In this document: piece after piece, positions 23,311 through 36,170 of the stretch
Position numbering within the stretch: the first letter of the stretch is position 1
How the letters are laid out: every line of letters starts with the position of its first letter
Position numbers and translations under genes: made by a program
From: Camelus ferus
Lineage: Eukaryota
Length of the DNA stretch: 64,000 nt
Reading direction: 5' to 3'
Assembly (NCBI RefSeq): GCF_009834535.1
Contig: NC_045696.1
Span: 94,118,001-94,182,000 of the forward strand
The notes under the pieces: model-generated
The model's database searches: none
What the model saw: only the letters and a program-made list of their open reading frames with translations
What the model was told of the DNA's origin: nothing

Positions 23311-26300
23311 AATAATAACCAAACAAAGTCTTAAGGGCATAAATTCTCACAGTTCCACATTTCACATACTCATGGGAAGGGACTGGCTAATGTTTTCTGG
23401 ACCCTATTGTGCTGAACAGAGTAGTGAAGGGTGAATAAGCAGCAATTTTCTCAAGGCTGAGGACGAAAGACAAAGCCGACTCTCACGTGCATGAGATGCC
23501 AATAAAGACTTGAAGAAACTAGTTTGACTTTGTGGGGAAAAGCAAGATGCCCTAGTCTAAATATGAATGCTAAAGATAACTTTTGTTATTCTCTGGAAGT
23601 GTACAGAAGTTGAGTCTGTCCGGAAAAAATAGGTTGGTCTCTCTTTAATTCCTTGAAGCCGTCAGGCTCACCAAGTAAACTCGGTCATGTAACAGCCTGT
23701 CCCTAAACCTTCAAAGCTCTGATCCTGAACCACTTGTACTGATTTTGTTTCACATGAATCATTTTCAGTTTACACTTTCACCAAGATCTTTGCTCTAACA
23801 TGCTCAGGACTTCTTCACTGTTTTCCCCTCCATTCCTCTCCTCCACACAATTTGATACTTCCTCTATCAGTATCTGAGGCTTCCTCAAAAAAAAAAAATC
23901 CTACCAATTTTGGTCAACCAGGACCACCTCCTCTGGCACAGACCCCTCTGAATAACAGATTTCCCTCCAGCTTTATGAAGATCCTGGACAAGAGCCTCAA
24001 AAAGGATCTTATAGGAACAGAAAATTGACAAATTCATTGAAAAAAGCCCATTCTCTTAATTTACTGATATTCAACATGTGCTTGGCTTTTAAACATATAA
24101 TCACAGAGAGTAATTATCAACCTTACTTTTGCAGGGAACATTCAATTATTTCAACACCTATATTGAAAAATTATATAGGAATTATTAAGCCCAGATAAAT
24201 TCACATTGACATAAATTGGGAAGATACATATGTACCAAACAGTACAAATAGGTTTAAGAAATTAAAAGTAAATAGTAATGGTGTTTCTGGTCCTAAACAC
24301 CAGGGCAGTTTCCTTAGAAATGTGCTTAGATATTAATAGGACAAAACACAGTTTCATAGATATTTTCATAAAGATTTGGCTTTTCAAGATAGCCTTTATA
24401 GTTATTCTGTAAGCACAAGAGAACACTCTTGAAAAGTGGACAAAAACTTGTTCTCTTGGTCTTCACTGTTTCCCAAAACTATGAGGGGAATGAATGAAAA
24501 GCCGTAAGTGCAGAAACCTCATCATTCTTAACATTCCTTGAATTCTTGTGCTTAACAAAATCTCTGACATATAATGGGAGTACTGCTCTTTAAATATATA
24601 TTATTTTTGTAATCAGAAGTCTGAGTATTTGCAGCTGATCTATATCTGATTTATACCCATAGATTTAGCATCTATTGATGACCCTTGTCTTTACCAGTTA
24701 TTACACTGGCAGGTGCAGCATTTCTAACTTTATCCCTTTAACCTTTATTAACCTGCATTCTAATATAAAGAAGAGCTTTGCCTTTCCCGATGTGCTTTGA
24801 GTACTTTTGATCTCCTTTGATCTGAATATTATACTCTTAGCAATGTAGCCTATGATTTCAGTAAAATTATTTTTCACAAACAGGTCATACAGTTTGCTTA
24901 TTCAAAGAACAATTTGTAGTTCCTTTTAAACATACAGGGCTTCAAATCATTCATCATACATTAGAACATTAAAGTGTAAGAATGAATTAGATACGTTCAT
25001 ATAATTCACAGGGGATACTGCTATTTCTTTAGCATCCTGACTTATTTAGTTTTTATGTTTTCAAAGTTCTCTACTGACAATGTATTTTTCTGGCTTCTTA
25101 TACTTCCTACTAGAGGTTTACCTACCTATGTCACTGGACTGCAGATACATGTCTAGCAATAAAAATGATCACATAAGATTTATGGAAATGATTTTAATTC
25201 TACCCATAGCTACAAAGTCATCTGCCAATGAATTTTCTCCACATCAGTACAATACGTTAACATATTAGGACATAAATATTTTTGTGTCATGCTAAAATTA
25301 AACCGTTATAAGAATCAAATACAGGAATCATATGATACAATATTGCAACTTAATACTTCTCTGTAGAAAACCCTTGAGATAGAGATCCTATTAATATTTA
25401 AGCAAATTAATTACTCATAAGTGATCTAAACAGCTTGAAATTAGGATCATCTGGTCCACATTTTTTTGCCAGAGAATACAACACAGGCTGGAGGAACTAA
25501 ATATCATTTCTTTTCAAGGACACTTCTTTTCAAGGACATTGGAGTTTTTGTTGTTGTTGTTGAGTTTGGCTTGGTTCATAAAAATCACATGAATTCCTGA
25601 ATTGGTGTTCCTCTCCTGAGTGTCATCATCCCTCAGACAAGCTTACAGAAGAAACAGATGTGGCTTTTCTTCCCATAAAGACTGTGTGAGGCTGCAGCAG
25701 TGAAACATACTTCTCAGCTGCATCCTCACAACTGCAATTTAGCATTACTTTTTAATTTATCAAATTGAAAAAAAAAAACCATAAGGCAAAAATTATGAGC
25801 CATTTCTCTTGTTATTATACTGATTACGCAGATTCAGCATGAACAAGACAGATGCTAATTTGTGCATAAAGCATATTCCTTTTGACAGGAAAATATACAT
25901 AAGTTGTGGCTGAAAAAAGACAACAGGGGTACTGTGAAAGCCATTTTTGGATATATGTGGAAAGTTTCCAGTGAAAGACATGATCTCCTGCTTTATCACA
26001 GTAACAATAATTCGTAGATATGGAGTGTCAGTATAGACACCCAAACAAATCTTCCCACAGAGCCAAATGGCTTGGCAACTGGGAAATTTTGAACCAGTGG
26101 TGAATCCAGCAAATCAAGGAAGGTGAGTGTGATTTAGAGAAAACAATGAGGTCACCTGTGTCCCAATTTCTTGCACTATTTCTTCTACAGAAATTCCAGT
26201 GTGACCTTCAGCAATTCCCTTAACATCTTTCAGACTCTGTTTTCTCACTTCTAAATTCAAGATGTTTGCGTTACATGCTGGCCATGTATCTTTAAGCTAC

Positions 26301-27239
26301 AACATTTGATATATGAATTCTATTTTTCAAGTTATGTAGAATGAGTTTGTGATCTAAGCATCTTGAAACTAATATAAATTTAGAGTCAAATAACCCCCAT
26401 GACAGGTGGATTTTCCCCAAATCTCATTATGACCTAGAATATTTGGTATTAAAAGCAACTTCCCTCCTGATAACCCTATAAGTACTTAAATGCCATAAAT
26501 TCAAGACTGAGTCAGTGGAACAAGAATGATGTCTGCCAAGAATGATGGTAAAGCAGAGTTTTAGAGAGTGGAAGATTAAAGCTTAAAGCTGGAGGATGTC
26601 TGGTGATGGATGAACTTCTCCTATTTAACCTGTAATAAAAATCATACTTTTCTTTCAGTGCCAAGTCAAAATGCTACTTACTCCCATAAAACCTTCCCAA
26701 TTGCCCCTCCTTCACCTTGTTTTCCATTCTGTTTCCGTACCACTTTGTTTTTTGTCCTTTTGATATGGTCTTCTATGAAAATTAACTCTTCTATGAAAAT
26801 TACGTGTTAATTCCTCCTACTGTCTTGTAAATTTCTCGAGCCCCTCCAGACACTTCTTTCACTTTTGTATTCATTCTTCCTACCTTTATCTTCTCTCCCT
26901 ATTCTTCCACCCAGACTCCCAGACACCACAGTCTAAATATAGGACCTACTCAATACTCATTTGTCAAATTTAACATATGACAATGACACATGACAGAGCA
27001 CAAAAATCATTGAATTTGAACCATTTCTTGATTCAAATGATCAAACCGGACACTTGTCTTAGTGTTCTGTAGGTGCAATTTCTGAATATTAACCTCATTA
27101 CTCAAAGTAAATGTCTCACCTCAATAATAAGAATCAACCGTTCTTTGCTGCAATTGCTATTGATTACCGATACGTATTTTCCACTCTCTGTTCTCATTAT
27201 GATTGTAGACCGTTAAGGACTCATCAATCTCTGGCGGAC

Positions 27240-27370
27240 AAATGTTAAGATTTACACGACTCTGAGCTTCTTGAAATCAGAGACCATGTCTTGTGCAGGC
27301 TTGTGCTTTCAGTACCGGTCACGGTATCTGATACTAAGTATGTGCTCTATCAAAGCTTATTGAAAGGAAT
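27240..27370 (+). mobile_element. L2 3' end
   Basis: GACTCTGAGCTTCTTGAAATCAGAGACCATGTC...CTTATTGAAAGGAAT. Confidence 0.6.
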
Positions 27371-27550
27371 AATCCTGACCTATGAGCAAGGTTAGGATTA
27401 GGTGGTGGGGAGCTGTGTAGGGAAAACAATAGATTATGTTTTTCTTGGATGAATCCAAGAGAAGAGACCTCCAAGAAAACAGGTAAGAGATTGCACCTCC
27501 CTAGGGACCATATTATTTGTAATATTTTCAGACTAACTAGTCTCTAACTA

Positions 27551-27779
27551 CAGCTGACCCCAGAGCAAGCTGGGGTGGGGAGCTGGTTAGGGGCACTGAC
27601 CCCTGCAACAGTTCAAAACCCTCGTGTAAATTCACCATTGGCCCTCCATATCTGGGGTTCCGGATCCATGGACTCAGCCAACCGAGGATCATGTAGTGCT
27701 GTCACATGGATTTACTGAACAAAATCCGTGTATAAGTAGACCCTTGCAGTTCAAATCCACATTGTTTAATCATCAACTG
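27551..27779. mobile_element. MER8-like TcMar-Tigger MITE
   Basis: Degenerate TIRs CAGCTGACCC.../...TCAACTG with TA on the left. Internal GGTTAGGGGCACTGACCCC and AAAATCCGTGTATAAGTAGACCC..GCAGTTCAAA. Confidence 0.8.
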
Positions 27780-29239
27780 TTGTCTCCATTTAATAATACA
27801 TAACTTTTAAATAAATTAATATCAGGGAAGGGTGAGAGTGAGATACAAAAAGAATCATATTAACATTCTAGATTGAATCATCTGACCAAGGATTTTAACT
27901 CATTTTCAGATTTGTCTGGGGTGTTGATAAAAAAAGTGTATAATGACTTTTTTCTCCCTTCTGATATATGATTGAGATTTTTTGTCCACTTAATGATCTA
28001 GCAAAAGTTTGTTAGAAGTTTCAGTAAATATTTTCCAGTTTATAACATTTACTCTTAAGAGTTCTCACGAGATACCAATAAAGCAAGTAAAGAAGTAGAA
28101 TTGCTTCTCTTCTCACTGCAGGAAGGAAATTAGAGAACCCCAAGTTGCCTTAGTAAAATTTCAACAAACCTTTAACTATGGAGTTAAGATTTAGAGTAAG
28201 GTCAGTAGCAATAAATGCTTATTTTATTTTTTGCCAGCCCTCCAGGTTGAAGGCCATGTGTATGTGGGATATTTACCTGTCCAGCAGAGTTTTCACCAGC
28301 CTCCTCCTTTTCCATAAAATGGGTATTATCTGTACTACTCACATAAATAATGTCTAGATTACAGGAGGCAGCACATGAGGGAGCATGTGGGAAACCAGGC
28401 TGGTACTGCTGGCTGTGCACTGGTTGAAAGCCTACTGTATAGCAGTGATGTCTGTGGTGATTCTGACAGTGTTCAGTATATTCATTGCTCAGTTTCCTAC
28501 TGTTTGATTTACAAAGAAGAACATATGGAATGTGACTTTCTTTGTAGTCTGTATGATAAGAATATAGAAAAATATTCCCTCTAGTCTCAGCTCTGAGAGT
28601 AAAGGGGGCTCTGGGGTCAGAATAATGTAAGAAATGCTCTCTTGGACATTCTTAACACACATTAGCACACTAGGAACCTTTGAGAAATTGTTTAACATTG
28701 TTATTCTAGAATCTTCTACACTTACTTGACCATTCTGCATCTTCTTTCTTATTTCCTTCCCTGCCACTTTCCTCCTCCTTCTTCTCTTCTGGAAGAATAT
28801 CCACTATTAACACAACATTTTAATCTCTGATGTGTTTTGGGGGAAAACTCTTCTAGGTAGGTTAGAATTTATTTTGAAATAAAGTCAGACTAGGAGAAAA
28901 CTAGTCTGTCTAGATTGCATAGCCCCAATGGTTTGCTTTCATGGAGCTGCTTTTTGGTGCTATGTTCTCACAGAATTATTACAAAACCTACCTTTATATT
29001 TGCTACAGGAATGCTGTTTGAGGATACTGTCCATCACAATGCCCACTGCCTTCCCTACGAAGTTTCACATGAAAATATCCTTTAGAAAATTTTCTGTCAA
29101 TTGCTAGAGAAATTTTGCTTCTCCCAAAGAACTGATTTTTTCCCTCATAGACAATGAATATTATCTGTAACACCATCGCCAATTATTAAAGCATCAGTCA
29201 ATGTACAATCTCAGCAAGATGTCAGGCAATCATTCGTCT

Positions 29240-29700
29240 TGAGTATGGTGAATTCAGCAACTCAGTGAGATTCAGAGTGTTCACAACTTCCTAGATTTTT
29301 CAGCTATGCACCTTCAGGGCCACGCCTGTTACTAGGCTAGTCCATGTCATGGTTGTTGAATGGGTGCCACAGCACCAGGAGTCAATCCTCACACAGTAAC
29401 ATCCAGAAGACTAGCATATGCCAAACTTTCTCAGTGTGTTCTAGCTAATTTCAAAGAAACCTTTCCAGAGGACCCCTCAGTTATCTCCTATCATTCCACA
29501 GGCCAGAACCAGGTTAGATGCCCAACTAGAACAACTACTAGCAGAACAGCTACTGGCAAAGGAGATGAGATGACCACAGCTGGCTTACGTTAATCAGAAT
29601 TTAAATTTACCCCCAACTTACATTGTTACCTGAATAAAGAAGAGTTTTCTTAATAAGAAAAGATGAACATATCTTGAGTAGCAATCAACAGTGTCTACTA
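29240..29700 (-). mobile_element. Old MaLR LTR (MLT1K/L-like)
   Basis: GAAACCTTTCCAGAGGACCCC...GGCCAGAACCAGGT...ACTGGCAAAGG..GGCTTA...GCAATCAACAGTGTCT. Confidence 0.6.
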
Positions 29701-30229
29701 GAAACACTTAGTCTTCTTTTCATTTTAAATAGAAAACTTAGAATTATATTTGTAAGCCTTGCATGTATCTTTATGGCCCTTCTGTATTTGTTCTACTTTT
29801 ATCTCTTAGTCTTGGTATCAATTAAAATTTATTTTATTCTGCTCACGATTTTTGTTTACTATTTTTGGCATGCATTTCTGATGTTCCAGATTTCACATGT
29901 TTTTCAAAATGATATATGATATATGAAAACTACAATTAATGTATCAGGTACAAACTAGGGAACAGAAGGTGAATAGGTAACTGATCTGGATTTGAATATA
30001 CAGGATTCATTGATATTCCAGCAGAATAGTTAGAACTTGTCAGTTTAAAGTGAAATTGGGCCAAGCCTTCAAAAATATGGCCATAGTAATGGACTTCCCT
30101 AGCATGGTAACGCTGAATATTCTTGAAAGAGTAGAAACCTAACTAGCATAACTAACAAAATGGCTTCCCTGATGCTAAGGCTGTGTGCTGATTCATTTTG
30201 ACACATCTTGTTTTTCTTTTTCTTAACTG

Positions 30230-30605
30230 GCTTAATTGCTTTGCTAAAATAGTCCCCAACCTTCCCTATACATTCTTTTACCCAGAAGCTATTTTCCAGA
30301 AAGAAAGTCATGGGTTGACTCCTTAGGGAGTTTTCCATGACGCCAGATGGACTTATCAAGACGAAGAATAAAGCACCACAAACTGCCCCTGATGGTTATC
30401 ACTCTTCTGCTCCATCTAGTTTTTCTATAAAACGTCAACAAGACCACAACCCCAAGACGGATTCACAGTCTCTAAGGTGTTAGCCTGCTGTGACTCCCCT
30501 TTGCCTGGCAAAGCAATAAAGCTGCTCTTTTCTGATATTCCCAAAACTCTGCCTCCAAGTCTGAACTCATCTTTTGGGGCACAGAGGCTGTTTTTTTCAG
30601 CAACA
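30230..30605 (+). mobile_element. ERV1-type LTR (5' boundary uncertain)
   Basis: TATAAAA near 30426, poly-A signal in CCTGGCAAAGCAATAAAGCTGCTCTTTTCT, U5 ending GCACAGAGGCTG..TTTCAGCAACA. Confidence 0.75.
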
Positions 30606-31649
30606 TTCTCAAATAATTAACATCTCTAATGTACAGACAAGCAATAGTGGCACTTATTGTCACAGGTAGAATTCATTTAGGCAAGATAAATAAACTAGGT
30701 TTCATAGTTCTATCAGGATAGTGGATTGCAGAGGCTGGTCTGGAAATCTCAAGCCGTTGAAGATGCTATCTGACCTCTCAAGGAAATTATCTTTTCCAGC
30801 TGCCATTCTGAAAAGTTCTAATTAAGCCATATTGGTATTATAGACTTATTTACTACAATGGATGTCACGTAGGCAACTTTCTTGGAATTCTGGAAAATCC
30901 TTCAAATGTCTTTTTTCTTAATGTACAACTGCATGACAGGTGAGATGGAAGGCGTCTTAGGATAGTAAATGTCAACTGGTCCATAGGGAGAGAAGATTTA
31001 TAGGGACTAATCATACACATCCCCAAAGATTCTCTTTACTCTTTCCATATGGGGACCCAATTTCCATTCCATTTTCCATTTCCTTTTGTACAAGAGTCTT
31101 ATAAGATACAGAATGCATAAAACATTTGCAAAAAATTAGCCTGTGTGGTAATGGGAAATATTGCAGAGGAGAGACAGATGTTGGAAAGGCATATACGGAC
31201 TCATTTTATGGAGAAATAAATAAATAATTCGAAGATTTATGCAACAGTATAAGAGTGATGGTCAGTAGTGATTTTCAGAGAAATGGTTCAATTAAATAAT
31301 ATTTAGGACAAAAGTACTGCAAAATGATTTGTAGGTAGAGATACAATTAATTATAGGGTTATGCAAACTTGAGAACACTTTGTGTGCTTGCCTGCTTGAA
31401 TTAAAACATGTTGCATCAGTATAATTACTTAAACAGAAAGTAAGAACATGTTGGAATCAGCAAGAACCCTAGAGGCACAGAGGAAAATATTTGATATTCT
31501 TGCATCCAGAACAGAGAGAAAGGAAATGAAGGGTGGGTGTCTGTAGGGAAAACACTTAAATGTGTGTGACAGTTAATGAGCTATTCCTATGGGACATGGA
31601 ATGTAGGTTTTCTCACTCTTTCCGTGAAATAATTGATAAAAGCTGAAAC

Positions 31650-32390
31650 TTCTCACTTATGCTTTGTGGATGGCTTGTATTTCAGGAATGTGAGAGTCTG
31701 AGTTCCATTCTCAGCTTAGTTCAATTGAATCTTGGAAGGACAGCCACTTACGTCTTTTATTAGTTGGATTCTCTTCTGTAAGTGGATTTACTTCATGTTT
31801 ATTTATCTCAGTTTTGGAAGGAGGTACTCTTTTTTCATCTTTACTGCAGAGGCCTAGAATTATCTGGGCTCTGCTCTGTATCCCCCGTTTCACCGTAAAG
31901 CCAACATTCCTTCAGAAAAGGTCTTCTGATTTTGGCCTGGGGTAAATTACTTGGGTACGTGGCATCACAGGGAATAAGGTGAGGTCGCAGGGCATGACTG
32001 GGTCAGTATTTCCGTAGTCTTCTAAGTAATTACCTTGATTATTTAGACAGCCCCTGCTCTCTGATAACTTCCTATGAAATACTGTAGAACTTCTCTCGAG
32101 TTCCTCTGGAGATTTTTGGAATGCATGGCTCTTATCTTTGCAGTAGTCCTCTCTGCCTGTTTTGGGTTGTGTGTATCTGTGTTTGTGTGTGTGTATACGT
32201 ACGTGTGTGTTTTAAACACTCATTCCCTCTCTTACTGATTCCAACTTTCTTCCAGAAATTCCACAAAAATTTTACCCATCAGGGTACTCTCTACTTTTTT
32301 TCTAGCTAATACCTATTTACCTTTATTTCAATTAGATTTTGCAAAGAAAGAGAAGCATGTGTGTTTAGTCAAGTCAGCCATCTTTAATCA
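31650..32390 (-). mobile_element. Possible HAL1/ancient L1 5' region
   Basis: Ends GTGTTTAGTCAAGTCAGCCATCTT (AAGATGGCTG start on the minus strand), with T-rich composition. Confidence 0.4.
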
Positions 32391-32929
32391 TAGTCACAGG
32401 TGTATTTTCTTGGAACTTTAAAATGCTTCATGTTTACTGTGTACACTGAGCACATCCAATGAACTGCTATCTAGCTTTTTTCTTAACAGGTTAACAATAT
32501 TAGAATTGGTACAGTTTTTCATACATCATGCTTTTGTGCTAAGGGGAAAAACATCTATTTGGCCCAGGAAAGTTCTCCCTGGAAATGACCTGAAGTATAC
32601 TAATTTTTATATAACCTAACTCATGTAATTCCTGCTTTGGCTTTAGACATTTGCTTAAAGAGGGGTTGATATAATCAACGACAGTTAGGCAACTTTTTGT
32701 GGTTATTGACCTAGGGCTTCGTGTCTGAATGTGAAAAGCATCATAAGTAAAAGGAAGACTGATGGAGTATGAGCTGGTGCTTCACTTCCTGCTTGCTGCT
32801 ACTACTTTATTCTTCTTTCGGAGCTAAGATATTAAAGTGTAACTTACTGATGAGTATTGCTAAACACATATTCAAACTAATAAAGTGAGGAATACACTTA
32901 ATAAGAAGTCAATTTTCCAAGTGACAGGG

Positions 32930-33170
32930 TCACAGTGGGTCAGTATCATGGAAGGTCTTGAGCATGAATGAAAAGACTTGGGTGCACATCTTGACACTGT
33001 CACTATTCATGATTTTTTTTACAAGAGAGCTACCTGTGCTCCTACCCTCCTCTCAGATTCCTCTTCTGTAAACTAGGAACAATATCCTCTCATTGCTGTT
33101 GAGAGTAAATGAGAGCATTTCTAGTATTTAATAAGTGCTCAGGAAATGTAACTTAAATCTGTTACTGCTA
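32930..33170 (+). mobile_element. MIR
   Basis: AAAGACTTGGGT...CTCAGATTCCTCTTCTGTAAA...TGTTGAGAGTAAATGAG...TAAGTGCTCA. Confidence 0.55.
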
Positions 33171-34429
33171 TTTTTGCACTTCTTTGCTTTCTTTTATTGT
33201 ATTTCTTCCCTCAAATGCTAGTTCTCCCCCATGTGTGGGGGATTACGATGGTCCTACACACCTCTTCTGTCACTCTGTACTTGTATTCAGCCATATTCAC
33301 CTTTTTCTTGATTTACTGATAATCATTCAATCTTAACACCAGAATTTTATTCCTTTGTGCTTTTTACCCTTTTTTGTCCCAAATCCCCAAAACTATATTT
33401 TTGGTTCTCTAATCTCTCCTCCAAAATCTGCCACAAGGCTGGGCTGGAAATGCTAGATGGCAGAATTTTTGCATTTATTTCTCTCTTTTAGACAGGTCAT
33501 CAAATAACAGGTTAACTGTAGCCACTTAAGTAGGAAAATAAAATAATTACGATACACAGGAAATGTAGAAGAGTGTTACAAAATCTACAAAAACAGATAA
33601 TCATAAAATCATATTGTTTAAAAAGAAATATATTGTTGGTATTTTCACTATTTATATTTTACTGTAGCACATAAAATATTTAAATAATTTATAGATATAA
33701 ACCAACTTTTCCTTAAGCATTTCTCCAAGACTCTGTTTTGGCATTAACAATGCCAAAATGGATTAGTAGTAATGAATGGGAATAATAATAGAGTGGCAGA
33801 TTTGAAGTTCACATTTTATATATTGCACTCCTCCCAGCGAGGTGCACACACTCCTTGAAGCTCAGTCTAAGCAAACGCTACTTCCCTCCCACTTTCCTCT
33901 CTCCCTTTTGCTCACACACACACACACACACATTTAGGTGCAAAATTCTGTAATTTTTATGTAATACTTAGGCTATGTACACAAAAGTTAATGTGCTTTA
34001 CTAGTATAAAGATCAGAGAATGATATATGATGCAAAATTGAGTTATAAAACTCACACTGTCACCCAGCAGGATCAAGAAAAATTGCACTAAGACATTCTA
34101 CACAAGTATTTTTGACTTGACTTAAAAATCTCTCTCTTCCCATATTCTCTCAGTATTTCAGGGAAATGGAAAACAAAAATCAAATCACTGACCTCCTTAA
34201 AGCTATTCATCATTGTCAGCTAGGCAAGAAACCTCCTCAACAAGAAGTAAAGGTGTCACGTTTCACTATAGAATTAATAAGTGTTCAAAATTCCCAACCC
34301 CATTGTGTTTTCCACACATCTGTTGTGGGTAGGGAGACCTAGAATTTAAAAAAAGGTTTAGAAGAACACAGTTTGGAAAAGGAAAAGGAATAATTTCTAC
34401 TTGTCATAGACCTATAAGTAAATATTGTT

Positions 34430-34919
34430 ACAAGTGACTTGCACCCAGCATCCATTCATCTTCCTCCAAAGTGAGTGTCCTTGGGGGAGTTACTTTTTCC
34501 CTGCACAGTTCCTGATCTGACTCTCCTGCTGCTGACTCCAAGGATGAGGGGGAGATACCTGCACAGAGTGATGAGAGAAGAGGGGAACAGGCACATGATC
34601 TAATGAGATATCATCTGGATAATTCTGCTTCCTCCTGGAAAGTCATGTTATTTTCTGCTGGCTTTAAACATGGAAGGATGCATGCTCAGCCTTCTGGCAG
34701 CCATATTATCTCCATAATGTATGGGTAAAGCCAACCCAGAAAAAAGAAGAGAGCCCAGAGACATGGGTCCTGATGCCACTGGTTGAGCCCTTGAATCCAA
34801 GTGTGCCCAGATGTTTCAGTTACATCAGGCCCTGAGAGTCCCTAAATTATCTTTTATATTCAGACCAGTTGGATTGGATATTTTGTTCCCCTGCCACTAA
34901 AAGAGTTTCAGCTGATAGA
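34430..34919 (+). mobile_element. Old MaLR LTR (MLT1K-like)
   Basis: CCCAGCATCCATTC...CTGGCAGCCAT...GGGTCCTGATG..TTGAGCCCTTGAATCCAAG...CCAGTTGGATTGG..AAAGAG..CTGATAGA. Confidence 0.7.
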
Positions 34920-35784
34920 CTGTGCTCTCCTAACTTTCTTGAGCTTTACCAGTTATGCATAATCCAACAGAGCAGTACTACTAAATCTCATGCCAAGAGA
35001 CAGGTTTAGCAACTAGAAATCTAATTCACTTCCACAACTTAATGACATGTTTTTATATGGAAAGACTCCAAACATAGTTTCCCCAAATTTAGGCAAATCT
35101 TTAAGTGGAAAGCAACAGATCAGGCATTAGGAATGTACAACTTTCTGAATGTTTCTATGTTAATCCTGTCTCTCTCTTTTTTTTTTTGTTCACTGATATT
35201 CAATAATCATTTAGCCTTTACCTAGTTGACCATCCCTAAATTTAGAAATTGTATTATAATCTCTATTAATAGGACTTAAAAGGACTTAGTCAATTTATGA
35301 AATTTGCAAATTCAAAATCCTAGATCCTTCTTGAGATTTTAAGCTCAGTTCAGAAATTACTTATACTGCTACAAAATTTTTACAATCAATTTTAAAGTAT
35401 GTTTAAATAGTGTTTGGTCTAATTTACAAACCATATATCCGTATCTTAAAACAATTTAAACTGCATTTATAAACTTAATCATTTTCCTTCATTTTAAAGT
35501 ATTTCAATATTCAATATGACTTAAACAAAACCTTCTTAGTAATTAAAATAACTCTTACAAAACTAATATATTGAAGTAAAAAATACAGCAAACTTAATAT
35601 TCTAAGTAATCAATAACTAATAAACTTAGCAAAATGTTATGTTAAATCAAAAGTCAACTCAAAAACTCCTTTTAAGTTGGAATTACAAGGCTGTCTGTCT
35701 AATAAACCAAACATTATACCTGTATAAAATCCTAAATTTGCACAGATTTTTTTCTTAATCCTTACCCAGAATTAAGCCAACTGT

Positions 35785-36170
35785 ACAGTTAGAGGCAGGA
35801 GTCCTCACAAGACAGTCCTCATTTCAGACTCCAGCTGCAAACTCAAGAGTCTCCAGTCACCCTCACTTCAGATCAGATGGCTACCAATTCAGGGATTCCC
35901 ATGACCACTCTCAGGTTTGATAATTTGCTACAAGGAGTCACAGAGATCACTGAAAGCTATGATACTCACAAAGCGTATACAGGCACAGGATACAGGTTAA
36001 AATTAGTCAAAGGAAGTGCACATAAAGTGGAGTCTGGGGGGGATCCAAACACAGAGTGTCCAGTCACCCTCTCCCTGTGGAGTTAGGTACAGCGCTACCT
36101 CCTCCTGGCCATGATGTGTGACAAAGAGCAGAGGGTATTGCCAGGGAAGCTCACTCGAGCCATTGGTGTC
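35785..36170 (-). mobile_element. MER21C/MER77-like LTR fragment
   Basis: CACAAGACAGTCCTCATTTCAGAC...TCAGGTTTGATAATTTGCTA...CACTGAAAGCT...CAGGGAAGCTCAC. Confidence 0.7.

Noticed and set aside
28886..28908. Short inverted repeat CAGACTAG...CTAGTCTG as a structured RNA
   Set aside because: An 8-bp stem is expected by chance and is far too short for a pre-miRNA.
35270..35760. Very AT-rich tract as a matrix-attachment region or origin
   Set aside because: Composition alone is not evidence, and I saw no internal structure.
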